Below are positions 9,101 through 18,667 of a stretch of 64,000 nt of DNA, one piece after another. Location of the stretch: contig NZ_JBGMOE010000190.1 in the NCBI RefSeq assembly GCF_041424195.1, positions 55,574 through 119,573 of the forward strand, read 5' to 3'. Positions within the stretch are counted from its first letter, which is position 1. Each line of letters begins with the position of its first letter. The position numbers and the translations under genes were made by a program. Under the pieces are notes generated by a model, which did no database searches, was not told the DNA's origin, and worked only from the letters and a program-made list of their open reading frames with translations. Origin of the DNA: Tardiphaga sp. (GTDB taxonomy: Bacteria > Pseudomonadota > Alphaproteobacteria > Rhizobiales > Xanthobacteraceae).

Positions 9101-9916
9101 ATGGAGGTTCCGTTGGCCATCAAGAGAGCAACAGCGTCGAAACGCGCTGACGCAACGGAGCGTCCTCCCGCCGCGGACGGCAGTTCGCGAAAGATACTTC
9201 GTGCCTTGCTGGCCTTCTCTACCGATCGTCCGCGGCATTCAGCAGAAAGCCTGTCGGAGCAGATCGGGGTGCCGCTGTCGTCGACCTATCGCTATATCGG
9301 TATCCTTCGCGAAGCCGATCTCATTGATGAAGACGGCCGCGGCTCGTTCGTGCTGGCACCGCGCGTCATCGGCCTGGCTCAGGCCGCCCGCGCCGGCACC
9401 GACCTCGCCTCCATTGCACGCCCCTTCATGAAGCGCGTCTCCCAGGAAGTCGGAGAAACGATTATCCTGCTGCGCCGCTCGGCCGATCGCGCCGTGTGTA
9501 TCGAGCGCGCCGAATCGTCGTCGCGTATTCGCCTGACCTTCGAGGTCGGAACGGCATTGCCCCTGCACCGTGGCGCCGGCCCGAAAATACTGCTCGCTCA
9601 CATGTCGGAAGCCGAATGCGAGGCGATCCTCGACGACGCGGTTCTGCGCGAGCCCGGCTTTGCTCCGCATCGCAGGTTGCTGGTGCGTGAACTCGCCATG
9701 ATCCGGGAACAGGGGTGGTCGGAGTCACGCGCCGAGATCACACCCCACGTCTATGCCGTCTCCGTTCCGGTGCGTGACCCCAGCGGGGTGGTTGCCGCCA
9801 TCTCGTTCGTGACGCCGGCATTCCGCACGCCGAAAGCCAGCCAGATCAGGCTGCGCGAACATCTGCAGCATGCGGCCAAGGATATCAGCAGGGCCTATGC
9901 AGCCGTCAGTCTTTGA
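9101..9916 (+). CDS. IclR family transcriptional regulator
   Basis: HTH (AESLSEQIGVPLSSTYRYIGIL) and IclR C-domain (LHRGAGPKILLA). Start at ATG 9101 or TTG 9113 (GGAGG 5 nt upstream); the ORF-track extension to 8831 overlaps coxM. Confidence 0.88.
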   Translation: MEVPLAIKRATASKRADATERPPAADGSSRKILRALLAFSTDRPRHSAESLSEQIGVPLSSTYRYIGILREADLIDEDGRGSFVLAPRVIGLAQAARAGTDLASIARPFMKRVSQEVGETIILLRRSADRAVCIERAESSSRIRLTFEVGTALPLHRGAGPKILLAHMSEAECEAILDDAVLREPGFAPHRRLLVRELAMIREQGWSESRAEITPHVYAVSVPVRDPSGVVAAISFVTPAFRTPKASQIRLREHLQHAAKDISRAYAAVSL

Positions 9917-9938
9917 CGGCTGCACGTAACCGGCACGA

Positions 9939-11390
9939 TCAGATCGGATAATGCTGCGGGCCGGTCTCGATGGTGATCCAGCGCAGTTCAGTGAATTCGG
10001 CAATGCCGGCTCTACCGCCGAAGCGGCCATAGCCCGACGCCTTCACCCCGCCGAACGGCATCTGTGCCTCGTCATGCACCGTCGCGCCATTGATATGGCA
10101 GATGCCGGACTCAATCCGCTTGGCGACATCCAGCGCGCGGGCAATATCGCGGCCGAACACGGCGGCCGATAGTCCATACTCCGTATCATTGGCCACACGC
10201 ACGGCTTCCTCGACGCCATCTACACGCACGACGGTCACGATCGGGCCAAACGATTCCTCATTATAGATGCGCATGGCCGAGGTGACGTGATCCAGCACCG
10301 TGGCCGACATCAGCGTGCCTTCGACGCTACCGCCGGCCACGACGCGCGCGCCCTTCCCCACCGCATCCTTGATCAGCGCCTGCAAACGATCTGCCGCGTC
10401 CGCGCCGATCAGCGAGCCGAGCGGCGTGTCGCCCTGGCGTGGGTCGCCGGCGACAAGCCCCCCGGCCTTGGCCGCCAGTTTCGCCACGAACGCATCAGCG
10501 ACCTTCTGGTCGACCACGAGACGCTCGGTGGACATGCAGATCTGGCCCTGATTCATGAAGGCACCGAAGGCCGCTGCCGCCACCGCCGCATCGAGATCGG
10601 CGTCGTCGAGGACTACCAGCGGCGCCTTGCCGCCGAGTTCGAGCAGCACCGGCTTGAGATAGGTCGCGGCGGTCTGCGCGATGATGCGGCCGACGCGGGT
10701 CGAGCCGGTGAAGTTGATCCGCCGCACCGCGGGATGCGAGATCAGCGCATCGATCAGCGCCGGAGCATCCTCCGGCGCGTTGGTGATGACGTTGAGCACG
10801 CCGGGCGGCAGACCCGCCTCGCGCAGACATTCGCCGATCAGCCGATGCGTACCGGGGCAAATCTCGGACGCTTTCAGGATCACCGTGTTGCCGCAGGCCA
10901 GCGGCAACGCCACGGCCCGCACGCCGAGAATGACCGGCGCATTCCACGGCGCGATGCTGAGCACGACGCCCGCGGGCTGGCGGATCGCCATCGAGATGCA
11001 GCCGGGCTTGTCCGATGGAATGACCTCGCCGGAAATCTGCGTCGTCATCGATGCCGCTTCGCGCAGCATGTTGGAGGCGAGATGGACATTGAAGCCAGCC
11101 CAGCCGGCGGTCGCACCGGTTTCCGACGCCATCAGTGCAATGAAGTCGGGCGCCTTGCTGGCAAGGATATCGGCAGCCTTCAGCAGGACGGCACGGCGTG
11201 CACCCGGGCCGGTGGACGACCACGCAGGGAAAGCAGCGGCAGCGGCATCGGCCGCGCGCTTGGCATCGGCGATCTGCGCAGCCGCAGCACGCGAGGCGAC
11301 GTCACCGGTCATCGGGTTGAGACGATCGAATGTCGCGCCGTCGATGGCCTGCACATCCTGGTTCTCGAGCAGCAGATTGATCTGGTTCAT
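9939..11390 (-). CDS. NAD-dependent aldehyde dehydrogenase, vanillin/salicylaldehyde dehydrogenase-like
   Basis: PWNAP, FTGST, catalytic Glu in LELGGK, catalytic Cys in GQICMSTER, EESFGP; N-terminus resembles the Vdh clade. Confidence 0.85.
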   Translation of the reverse strand: MNQINLLLENQDVQAIDGATFDRLNPMTGDVASRAAAAQIADAKRAADAAAAAFPAWSSTGPGARRAVLLKAADILASKAPDFIALMASETGATAGWAGFNVHLASNMLREAASMTTQISGEVIPSDKPGCISMAIRQPAGVVLSIAPWNAPVILGVRAVALPLACGNTVILKASEICPGTHRLIGECLREAGLPPGVLNVITNAPEDAPALIDALISHPAVRRINFTGSTRVGRIIAQTAATYLKPVLLELGGKAPLVVLDDADLDAAVAAAAFGAFMNQGQICMSTERLVVDQKVADAFVAKLAAKAGGLVAGDPRQGDTPLGSLIGADAADRLQALIKDAVGKGARVVAGGSVEGTLMSATVLDHVTSAMRIYNEESFGPIVTVVRVDGVEEAVRVANDTEYGLSAAVFGRDIARALDVAKRIESGICHINGATVHDEAQMPFGGVKASGYGRFGGRAGIAEFTELRWITIETGPQHYPI

Positions 11391-11422
11391 GGCGATAGCC
11401 TCCGTTGAATATTTTTGCTGGA

Positions 11423-12145
11423 TCAGGCTGCGCCGCTGGCGAGCCCGCCGAGATAGGCGCGGCGCACGGCGTCATCTGATTGCAGGGCAGCCGCGGTACC
11501 GCTGCCGGTAATCCTGCCGTTCTCGATCAGATAGCCGCGATCCGCGATGGCGAGACTCTCGCGCGCGTTCTGCTCGACCAGCAATAACCCGACACCCGTC
11601 TCGCGCACCTTGCGCAAGGCCGCGAACAATTCGCGCACCAGCAACGGCGACAGACCGAGCGATGGTTCATCGAGCAGGAGAATATCGGGGTTCGACATCA
11701 GCGCGCGGCCGATTGCCACCATCTGTTGCTCACCGCCGCTCATGGTACGCACGGTCTGCGCCAGGCGCTCGCCGAGCCGAGGAAACAGCGTCATCACCTT
11801 GGCGCGCTGTTCGGCCTCGACGGCCCGTGCGCGCTTCGGATTGGCGCCGAGCAGAAGGTTCTCCGCCACTGTCAATTCACCGAACACGCCGCGGCCTTCC
11901 GGCACCAGTGCGAGCCCGGCTTCCACGATCTCATGAGGCGGCAGACGGGACAGATCACGACCGGCGAGTTTGACGATCTTGGCTGGTGACGGCAGCAAAC
12001 CGGCAATGGCCTTGAGCAACGACGACTTGCCGGCGCCATTGGCGCCGAGAATGACGATGATCTCGCCGCGCTCGACATGGAGCGCCGCATCGCTCAGCGC
12101 GTGATGCTGGCCATAGGTGACGCTGATATTGGAGACCTCAAGCAT
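11423..12145 (-). CDS. LIV-type ABC transporter ATP-binding protein (LivF-like)
   Basis: GANGAGKS, MSGGEQQM, LLLDEPSLGL, VEQN. Confidence 0.92.
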   Translation of the reverse strand: MLEVSNISVTYGQHHALSDAALHVERGEIIVILGANGAGKSSLLKAIAGLLPSPAKIVKLAGRDLSRLPPHEIVEAGLALVPEGRGVFGELTVAENLLLGANPKRARAVEAEQRAKVMTLFPRLGERLAQTVRTMSGGEQQMVAIGRALMSNPDILLLDEPSLGLSPLLVRELFAALRKVRETGVGLLLVEQNARESLAIADRGYLIENGRITGSGTAAALQSDDAVRRAYLGGLASGAA

Positions 12146-12881
12146 CCGCAGGCACTCCCAGATAGGCCTCGATCACCGCTGGGTCGCTCAGCACAGCAGC
12201 AACAGGCCCTTCTGCAATCTTGCGGCCGCTGCTCATGACCACGCAGCGATCACATAACGAGCGGATCGCATCCATCACGTGCTCGACCAGCAGGATCGAC
12301 AGCCCCTCATCCTTGAGCGAGCGGATCAGTTCGATCCCGATCAGCAATTCGGACGGGTTCAGACCAGCAAGCCATTCGTCGAGCAGCAGCAGGCGCGGCT
12401 GCAGCGCCAGCGCGCGTGCCAGTTCGAGCCGCTTGCGGTCGATATAAGTGAGCTCCGATGCGGGCCGTCCGCCAAATCCGGCGAGCCCGACCCGCGCGAG
12501 CAGGCCGGCCGCAGCCGCAGCCATCGCGTCGCGTGCAAGCGGCGCATGATGAAAGGCCAGCCCGGCCTCCACATTCTCGCCGCAGGTCATGCCATCGAGC
12601 ACACGGACCAGCTGGAAGGTGCGCGCGAGCCCGAGACGCGCGATGCGATGGGTCGGCCAGCCCGCGATATCGTGGCCGGCGAAGGCAATCACGCCGGCAT
12701 TCGGCGACAACACGCCGGAGATCAGGTTGAGCGCCGTGGTCTTGCCGGAGCCGTTGGGGCCAAGCAGGCCGACGATCTCGCCGGCATGCACCGCCAGGTC
12801 GATGCCGTTGACGGCGACGAGGCCACCGAAAGCGCGGGTCAGGCCTTCGATGCGGAGCACCGGCGTTGCACTGGGGGTCAT
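12138..12881 (-). CDS. LIV-type ABC transporter ATP-binding protein (LivG-like)
   Basis: Start MTPSATPVL (ATG 12881 overlaps the livM stop); GPNGSGKT, RTFQ, LLLDEW, VEH. Confidence 0.9.
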   Translation of the reverse strand: MTPSATPVLRIEGLTRAFGGLVAVNGIDLAVHAGEIVGLLGPNGSGKTTALNLISGVLSPNAGVIAFAGHDIAGWPTHRIARLGLARTFQLVRVLDGMTCGENVEAGLAFHHAPLARDAMAAAAAGLLARVGLAGFGGRPASELTYIDRKRLELARALALQPRLLLLDEWLAGLNPSELLIGIELIRSLKDEGLSILLVEHVMDAIRSLCDRCVVMSSGRKIAEGPVAAVLSDPAVIEAYLGVPADA

Positions 12882-13825
12882 GCCTGCGCTCCCCGCATCT
12901 TCGACGCCGTTGGCTGCCAGGCCTTCAACTTCTCCCAGAAGCCAACCACGCCTGATGGCAGCGCATAGACGATGAGGAGAAACACCACGCCCATGATCAG
13001 GGTCGATGTGCTGGGGAAGCGTGCGGACAGGACGTCGAACAACAGCGTCAGCGGAATGGCGCCGAGCGCCGGGCCCCACAGGCGATGGGCGCCGCCGAGC
13101 AGCGCCATGATCACCACTTCGAAGGAGATCGTGGCGTTGAAGGCAATCGAGGGCTCGATATAGGTGAAGCGCGGCGCCATGATCGCACCGACCAGCGTCA
13201 TGAAGGTGGCGGTGATGGTGAACAGCGCCACCTTGGCGATAGTGACGTTGATGCCGCAATGCCGCGCCACAGTCTCGTCCTCGCCGATAATCCGCAGCGC
13301 GAAGCCGAAGCGCGAGCGGGCGATCAGCCAGCCGGCACCGAACACGATGACGGCCAGCGCCAGCAACTGCCAGTAGATGTCGTTCTGGGTGATATCGACA
13401 AAGACGTAACGGCCGAGTACGCGCGTCTTGTTGACCTCGTACCAGACCACGATCTGGCGCACGAGTTCGGCGAGACCGAAGGTGAAGATAACGAAATGCA
13501 CGCCGCTCAGCCGCAGCGTCGACAGGCCGACGATGACGGCCATCACCGCGCCGATCGCAGCCGCGATCAGCAGCACCAGCGACCATGGCAATTGCTCACC
13601 CAGCACCGCGACGGTGTAGGCGCCGACACCGAAGAAGGCTGTCGTTGCGAGCGACACGTAGCGTGTCGGGCCCGAGAACATGCCCCATGCCGTCGCTAGC
13701 ACCGTGAACTGCAACAGGCTGATCGCCAGCGCGAGATAATAGGCGTCGACCACCATCGGAACGAAGGCGAGCGCAACCACCGCTGCAAGGCAGATCGCAC
13801 CGGTTGTCATTTGTGCGCGGCTCAT
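12878..13825 (-). CDS. LIV-type ABC transporter permease (LivM-like)
   Basis: Start MSRAQMTT (ATG 13825 overlaps the livH stop); SRFGFALRIIGEDETVARHCGIN motif; multiple TM helices. Confidence 0.88.
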   Translation of the reverse strand: MSRAQMTTGAICLAAVVALAFVPMVVDAYYLALAISLLQFTVLATAWGMFSGPTRYVSLATTAFFGVGAYTVAVLGEQLPWSLVLLIAAAIGAVMAVIVGLSTLRLSGVHFVIFTFGLAELVRQIVVWYEVNKTRVLGRYVFVDITQNDIYWQLLALAVIVFGAGWLIARSRFGFALRIIGEDETVARHCGINVTIAKVALFTITATFMTLVGAIMAPRFTYIEPSIAFNATISFEVVIMALLGGAHRLWGPALGAIPLTLLFDVLSARFPSTSTLIMGVVFLLIVYALPSGVVGFWEKLKAWQPTASKMRGAQA

Positions 13826-14691
13826 CGCTGCGCCCTCCCGAAAATGCCGGCCGGCTTCACCAACAGCACGCCGAGGAACAGCGCGAAATTCACCGCCAGC
13901 GTCAGCCCGGGATCGATGAAGGTCGCCACCAGCGCTTCGCTCAGACCGAGCGCAAGTCCTGCCACCAGGCAACCGAGCAGATTGCCGACGCCGCCCATCA
14001 CGACGACGATCAGGGCCTTCATGGTGAAGACCACGCCGGAGGTGGCGCTGAAGGTCAGGAACATGCTGATCAGCACGCCCGCGGACGCCACGAGCGCGCC
14101 GCCGAGTGCAAAAGCGAGTGCCGATGTCCTGGTGACGTCGATCGCCACGAGCTGCGCCGCGACGGGATCGACGGCCACCGCGCGGATCGAGGTGCCGATC
14201 CGTGTGCGCGTCAGCGTCAGATAGAGCGCGAGACCGACGACGACCGCGAGACCGAAAGCGATCAGGCGATTCAGCGCCAGCACTTCGCCGACGATCGTCA
14301 CCGGCACAGCGAGGAACGAGTAGCTGAAATAAGCGCCGCCAAACATGGTCAGCATGATGCCCTGCACGATGAACATCATGCCGAAGGTGGCTAGAATACT
14401 GTCGACCTCAAGGGCGTCGCGGGTGCGCGCGCGGCGCACCAGCGGCGTGAGCAACACGCGATACAAGAGATAGCTGACGCCGAAACTGACCGGAATGACA
14501 AACGCCAGTCCTGCGAGCGGATTGAGCGCCCAGCCGGTAAACAGCCAGTAGGACGCAAAGGCCGCGCCGATCAGGAACTCGCCATAGGACAGGTTCATGA
14601 TCCGCGCCACGCCATATTGCAGGGTGAGCCCCATGGCGATCAGCGCATACATGCCGCCCAGCACGAGGCCGGTGAGAACCGCGTTTGTCAT
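13822..14691 (-). CDS. LIV-type ABC transporter permease (LivH-like)
   Basis: GGMYALIAMGLTLQYGVARIMNLSYGEF and TRIGTSIRAVA motifs. Confidence 0.9.
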   Translation of the reverse strand: MTNAVLTGLVLGGMYALIAMGLTLQYGVARIMNLSYGEFLIGAAFASYWLFTGWALNPLAGLAFVIPVSFGVSYLLYRVLLTPLVRRARTRDALEVDSILATFGMMFIVQGIMLTMFGGAYFSYSFLAVPVTIVGEVLALNRLIAFGLAVVVGLALYLTLTRTRIGTSIRAVAVDPVAAQLVAIDVTRTSALAFALGGALVASAGVLISMFLTFSATSGVVFTMKALIVVVMGGVGNLLGCLVAGLALGLSEALVATFIDPGLTLAVNFALFLGVLLVKPAGIFGRAQR

Positions 14692-14721
14692 TCTGTCAGA
14701 CCAGATACAGGAGGGACGCGA

Positions 14722-15948
14722 TCACTGCGCCTTCCATGCCGGCTTCGGCACGACCGGCGCACGCGCGCCCTCGTTACCCGACGGGCCGACGCCATAGAAC
14801 TCGCCGTCCTGCCACTGCCCGACCCACCAGTATTTGGTCGGCATGTTGTTCTCGAGCTTCACCTTGCCAATCACGGTGTCAAAGGTGCCGCTCTGCAGGT
14901 CCTTGATGACCGCAGCACGATCGACTTTGCCAACCCGCTCAATCGCTTGCTGCAGCATCTGCAGGCCGGCATAGGTGACCGCACTCGCCCAGCGGTCCGG
15001 CTCGGCGCCATTCGTGGTCGACGCCTTGTGGCGCGCCAGATAGTCCTTGATGGCCGGGCTGTCGCCGCTCCAGCCGCCGATGCCCATCACACCTTCCGCA
15101 TTGGCACCGAACTTCTGCTTGAACAACGGAAATGCCGTGCCGACGCCAGTGTAGAAGATCTTCGGATTGAAACCGGAGATGCGCGACTGTTCGGTGATGG
15201 CGATCGTGTCCGGCGGATAGCTGAAGGCGATGAACACGTCGGGGTTCAGTGCCTTCACCTCGTTGATGATCGGGCTGAGATCCTGCGTGCCCACCGGATA
15301 GGTCTTGTCATAAGCCAGCTTGAATTTGGCGGCTGTCAGAGCGGGCCTTGCGGCACCAGAGAGATCGATGCCGAAGCCGTCGGCGATGCTGGCCATCGCC
15401 ACGGTATCGCCGATCTTGCCTTCACTGCGGAGCTTCGTCAGCAGCTCGACCAGCGTCTTGGCGGCGTCGGCGCTGGTGCCGAGCAGCCAGAAACTGTTGG
15501 GCCAGCGCTTTGCCAGTTCGGGCGCGCGGTCAGTCACTGCCGTCGAGGCGATATGCGGATAGCCGGCCTTGTTGAGGATCGGGCCAACCGCGAGATTCAG
15601 GCCGGTGCCCCAGGGCGGCAGGATGAAATCGACCTTGTCCTGGGTGATCAGCCGCTCCAGCGCCTTGGCGGCTTCCTCGGCGCTCGACCGGTCGTCATAT
15701 TGCACGACCTCGATGGGCACGCGCTTGTCGCCGAGCTTGAGGCCGCCGGCGGCGTTCACCTCCTTGACCCACAGCTCGTAGTTTGGAATCGTCGTCACCG
15801 CAGCGCCTCCGGCCGCCGGGCCGGTGCGTGAGATGGCATAACCGATCTTGACCGACGTCTGGGCCTCCGCCGCGCCGTCCCATCCGACGACCGCCGCACC
15901 GGCCACTGCGAGTAGTCCCGCCGCAAGGCGCTTGACTGCTGACACCAT
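14722..15948 (-). CDS. LIV-type ABC substrate-binding protein (PBP1 fold; likely aromatic ligand)
   Basis: Signal peptide; VKIGYAISRTGP, YDDRSS, DFILPPWGT patterns. Confidence 0.85.
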   Translation of the reverse strand: MVSAVKRLAAGLLAVAGAAVVGWDGAAEAQTSVKIGYAISRTGPAAGGAAVTTIPNYELWVKEVNAAGGLKLGDKRVPIEVVQYDDRSSAEEAAKALERLITQDKVDFILPPWGTGLNLAVGPILNKAGYPHIASTAVTDRAPELAKRWPNSFWLLGTSADAAKTLVELLTKLRSEGKIGDTVAMASIADGFGIDLSGAARPALTAAKFKLAYDKTYPVGTQDLSPIINEVKALNPDVFIAFSYPPDTIAITEQSRISGFNPKIFYTGVGTAFPLFKQKFGANAEGVMGIGGWSGDSPAIKDYLARHKASTTNGAEPDRWASAVTYAGLQMLQQAIERVGKVDRAAVIKDLQSGTFDTVIGKVKLENNMPTKYWWVGQWQDGEFYGVGPSGNEGARAPVVPKPAWKAQ

Positions 15949-16097
15949 GATATCCTCCCCGAGATCTTTTCACCGACGCCTTGTGGCGTTCGATGGCGGG
16001 AGACTAGTCGAGCGCTTGGACCTGGGAATTGGACGCATCCGGGGAAAGATTGTATTGATCCGTGTAAGCGAGCTATTTCGCGCGACGGATTGTCCCA

Positions 16098-17021
16098 GTG
16101 CTTGAGACCGCGCACATCGTTTCGGGTCCGGCCGGCTTCATGGAGAAGCTGCTTCCCGCTTTGCATGCCGACAGATTCGTGCCCGGACTGGCGCCGCGCA
16201 GCTGGACCATCCGGCAGTCGATTCCCCGGCGCTCACACCTGCTGGTGATCGAAACCCGGCGCGGCACCGCGACAATGCGCGGCACCACGGTTGCCATTCA
16301 GTCCCCCGGCCTGTTGTGGCTTCCCGGCGATCATGAAGGCACGCTGCAGGTCGAGGCCGGCGCGCAGGGCTATCTGATATCCGTCTCCGACGACGTGCTG
16401 ACGCGGACCGTGGCGAGCAGCGCCGAGGCGCTGCATCTGCGACGGACCATTGACCGGCTGGTCCTGCTTGAAGGCAAGCAACTCGCCACGACCTTCACTC
16501 CCATCACCGAATCCTGCGCCACACTGGTGCGCGAGTTGGGCACGCCCGGCCGCGGCAGTGCGACGATGAGTTCGACACATGTGTTATTGCTGTGCCTGCA
16601 TCTCTGGCGATCGCTGATTTCGGAGGAGCCCGCCGACGATGCTGCGCAGCGCGGCGATGGCCCCCGCCTTGTCGGCAATTTCCTGCAGATGGTCGAACTG
16701 CATTATCGTGACGGCTGGCCCATCGCCCGCTATGCGGCCGCGCTTGGCGTCACCGACGACAAGCTGCATGCGCATTGCAAGCGCGAGAAGGGTTGCAGTC
16801 CGCGCGCCATCATACATCAACGGCTAATCCACGAAGCCTGCATGCGCTTGCGACAACTTGATCTGCCTGTCGAGCAGATCGGCTATGGCCTCGGCTTTCG
16901 CGACCCCGGTTATTTCAACCGCTTTTTTCGCAAATATCAGAACGCCTCGCCTGGCGCCTATCGGCGCCGCGCGCGACTCGATCCAGGTCAGCACGGTCCG
17001 TCCTATGCAGCGTGGCCGTAA
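16098..17021 (+). CDS. AraC family transcriptional regulator
   Basis: C-terminal double HTH with IGYGLGFRDPGYFNRFFRK; divergent from the ABC-ALDH operon. Confidence 0.88.
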   Translation: MLETAHIVSGPAGFMEKLLPALHADRFVPGLAPRSWTIRQSIPRRSHLLVIETRRGTATMRGTTVAIQSPGLLWLPGDHEGTLQVEAGAQGYLISVSDDVLTRTVASSAEALHLRRTIDRLVLLEGKQLATTFTPITESCATLVRELGTPGRGSATMSSTHVLLLCLHLWRSLISEEPADDAAQRGDGPRLVGNFLQMVELHYRDGWPIARYAAALGVTDDKLHAHCKREKGCSPRAIIHQRLIHEACMRLRQLDLPVEQIGYGLGFRDPGYFNRFFRKYQNASPGAYRRRARLDPGQHGPSYAAWP

Positions 17022-17472
17022 CTGTCCCACCGTCGATCAGTGCTGTGTCTCTTTGAAACCTGCGTGATCAATTTGGAACAGCACGCGTTAAGCATGACTC
17101 GATATTGAATCGGGATCACAACATCCATTTCCGCGCTCTGTTTCAGATGTCACTCATGACGCCGTTCACTATTCGGCCCAAAGCGCTGGTGAAAGATGCC
17201 CACGAGATCGTCATCGACGTAGGATCGCACCCATAAGACGCATGTGACGGCGCCAATTACCGACTCCAGGTAGAGCGGAATACTACTTGGCGCAACGAGG
17301 CTGCATTCACTCAACTGTGTCCGAGTGTTTCCGCCGAAATGCCTTATCGCGAAGGTCAAATCTTAGACGTTGTGCTGGTGACAAAAGGCTGCGAAAGCAG
17401 GATATTGATGAAATTGCGACTTATCAGCGCACCAACGAAATTGGCGTTCACCCTTTTTCATAGTGTCGGCCC

Positions 17473-18651
17473 ATGACCATCGAGATCGTCCAGATCGTCC
17501 AGGAATTGAGTTCGGTCGGCGGCGTTGAAAGCGTGGCCAGCGAACTCGCATGCGCCTTCAGCCGCGCCAAGATCGCCAACACAGTTCTCGCCAGCGCCGT
17601 CGGCGACAAGGCAACGCCGGGTACGCGCATCGAGCGCGTCGGCGGCTGGCTGTCACGCATCAAGACGCGCGGCGTCCTGCGCTATCTTGGCCGCGCTTTT
17701 GTCGTTCCTACCTTCACTTTTCTGGCGACGCGCGCCGCCTATCATCATCCCAAGGCCGTCATCGTGAGTCACGGTGACAGCCTGACGGGCGACGTGCTGG
17801 TCGTGCACGCGGTCAATGCGCAGAGCCTCGCCGAAAAGCGCAACGCCGGTTCCTGGTCATGGATGCTGAATCCCATGCATCTGTGGGTGGCCCTGCGTGA
17901 TCGCTGGATGATCGGCGGTCTGCGCTATCGCATGTATGTCGCGGTCTCGCCGCGCGTCGCGACCGAACTGCAACAAATCTACAAGGTGCCGGCATCGCGC
18001 ATCCGTGTGATCCCCAACGGCATCGACCTCAATCGCTTTACCCGCGATACCGCGGCCGGCCTCAGGATCCGTGAGGAATTCGGCATCCCCGCACACGCCA
18101 GGCTTCTGCTGTTCGCCGGCCATGAATTTCGCCGCAAAGGTCTGGCGCATGCCATCGGCGCGCTCGAGCGTCTTGGCCCCGATGTCTGGATGCTGGTGGT
18201 GGGCTCGGACAATCCTGCGCCCTATCGCAAGCTGGCGACAACCTCGAGCAATCGGCTGGTCTTCGCAGGATCGCGCACCGACATGCCTGCGTTCTACGCT
18301 GCGGCCGATGCCTTCGTGCTGCCGACCGCCTATGAGACTTTCTCACTGGTCTGCATGGAAGCCATGGCCTGCTCGACGCCGGTTTTCGCGACGCCGGTTG
18401 GCGGCATCGAGGATTACCTTGTCGACGGCGTGAACGGCTATCAGATCAAGATGGACGACGCAGACATCGCAGAGAAGATCGCGATGGCTTTCTCCGATCC
18501 GGCAGCATTGGCGCGGCTGTGCGAAGGGGCGCATGCCACGGCACTGAACTACGGCTGGGATTATGTCGGCTCGCGTTACATCGAACTGCTGGAGCAGGTC
18601 CAGGCCTCGAAGGACGAATTTGCGCCGGGCGCGATGGCGGTCGGCGCCTGA
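17473..18651 (+). CDS. Glycosyltransferase family 4
   Basis: VIPNGID, RRKG, and EX7E motif ETFSLVCMEAM. Confidence 0.9.
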   Translation: MTIEIVQIVQELSSVGGVESVASELACAFSRAKIANTVLASAVGDKATPGTRIERVGGWLSRIKTRGVLRYLGRAFVVPTFTFLATRAAYHHPKAVIVSHGDSLTGDVLVVHAVNAQSLAEKRNAGSWSWMLNPMHLWVALRDRWMIGGLRYRMYVAVSPRVATELQQIYKVPASRIRVIPNGIDLNRFTRDTAAGLRIREEFGIPAHARLLLFAGHEFRRKGLAHAIGALERLGPDVWMLVVGSDNPAPYRKLATTSSNRLVFAGSRTDMPAFYAAADAFVLPTAYETFSLVCMEAMACSTPVFATPVGGIEDYLVDGVNGYQIKMDDADIAEKIAMAFSDPAALARLCEGAHATALNYGWDYVGSRYIELLEQVQASKDEFAPGAMAVGA

Positions 18652-18667
18652 TCGCAAGCGCCTGCTT

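Noticed and set aside
10287-11408. Long antisense ORFs (also 2458-3261, 2921-3874, 4184-5206, 6743-7633, 14617-15831, 27219-28277, 50375-51508, 56312-57256 and similar)
   Set aside because: They shadow well-supported genes on the opposite strand, lack family motifs, and are expected in high-GC DNA with few antisense stops.
12138-13586. Apparent 482-aa fused ABC ATPase in the ORF track
   Set aside because: The N-terminal half is an off-frame reading of livM; the real livG start is ATG 12881 overlapping the livM stop.
17150-17359. 69-aa ORF as a real gene or PilZ/transposase fragment
   Set aside because: TTG start without a clear RBS, an in-frame stop just upstream, and only vague similarity; kept only as part of a low-interest finding.
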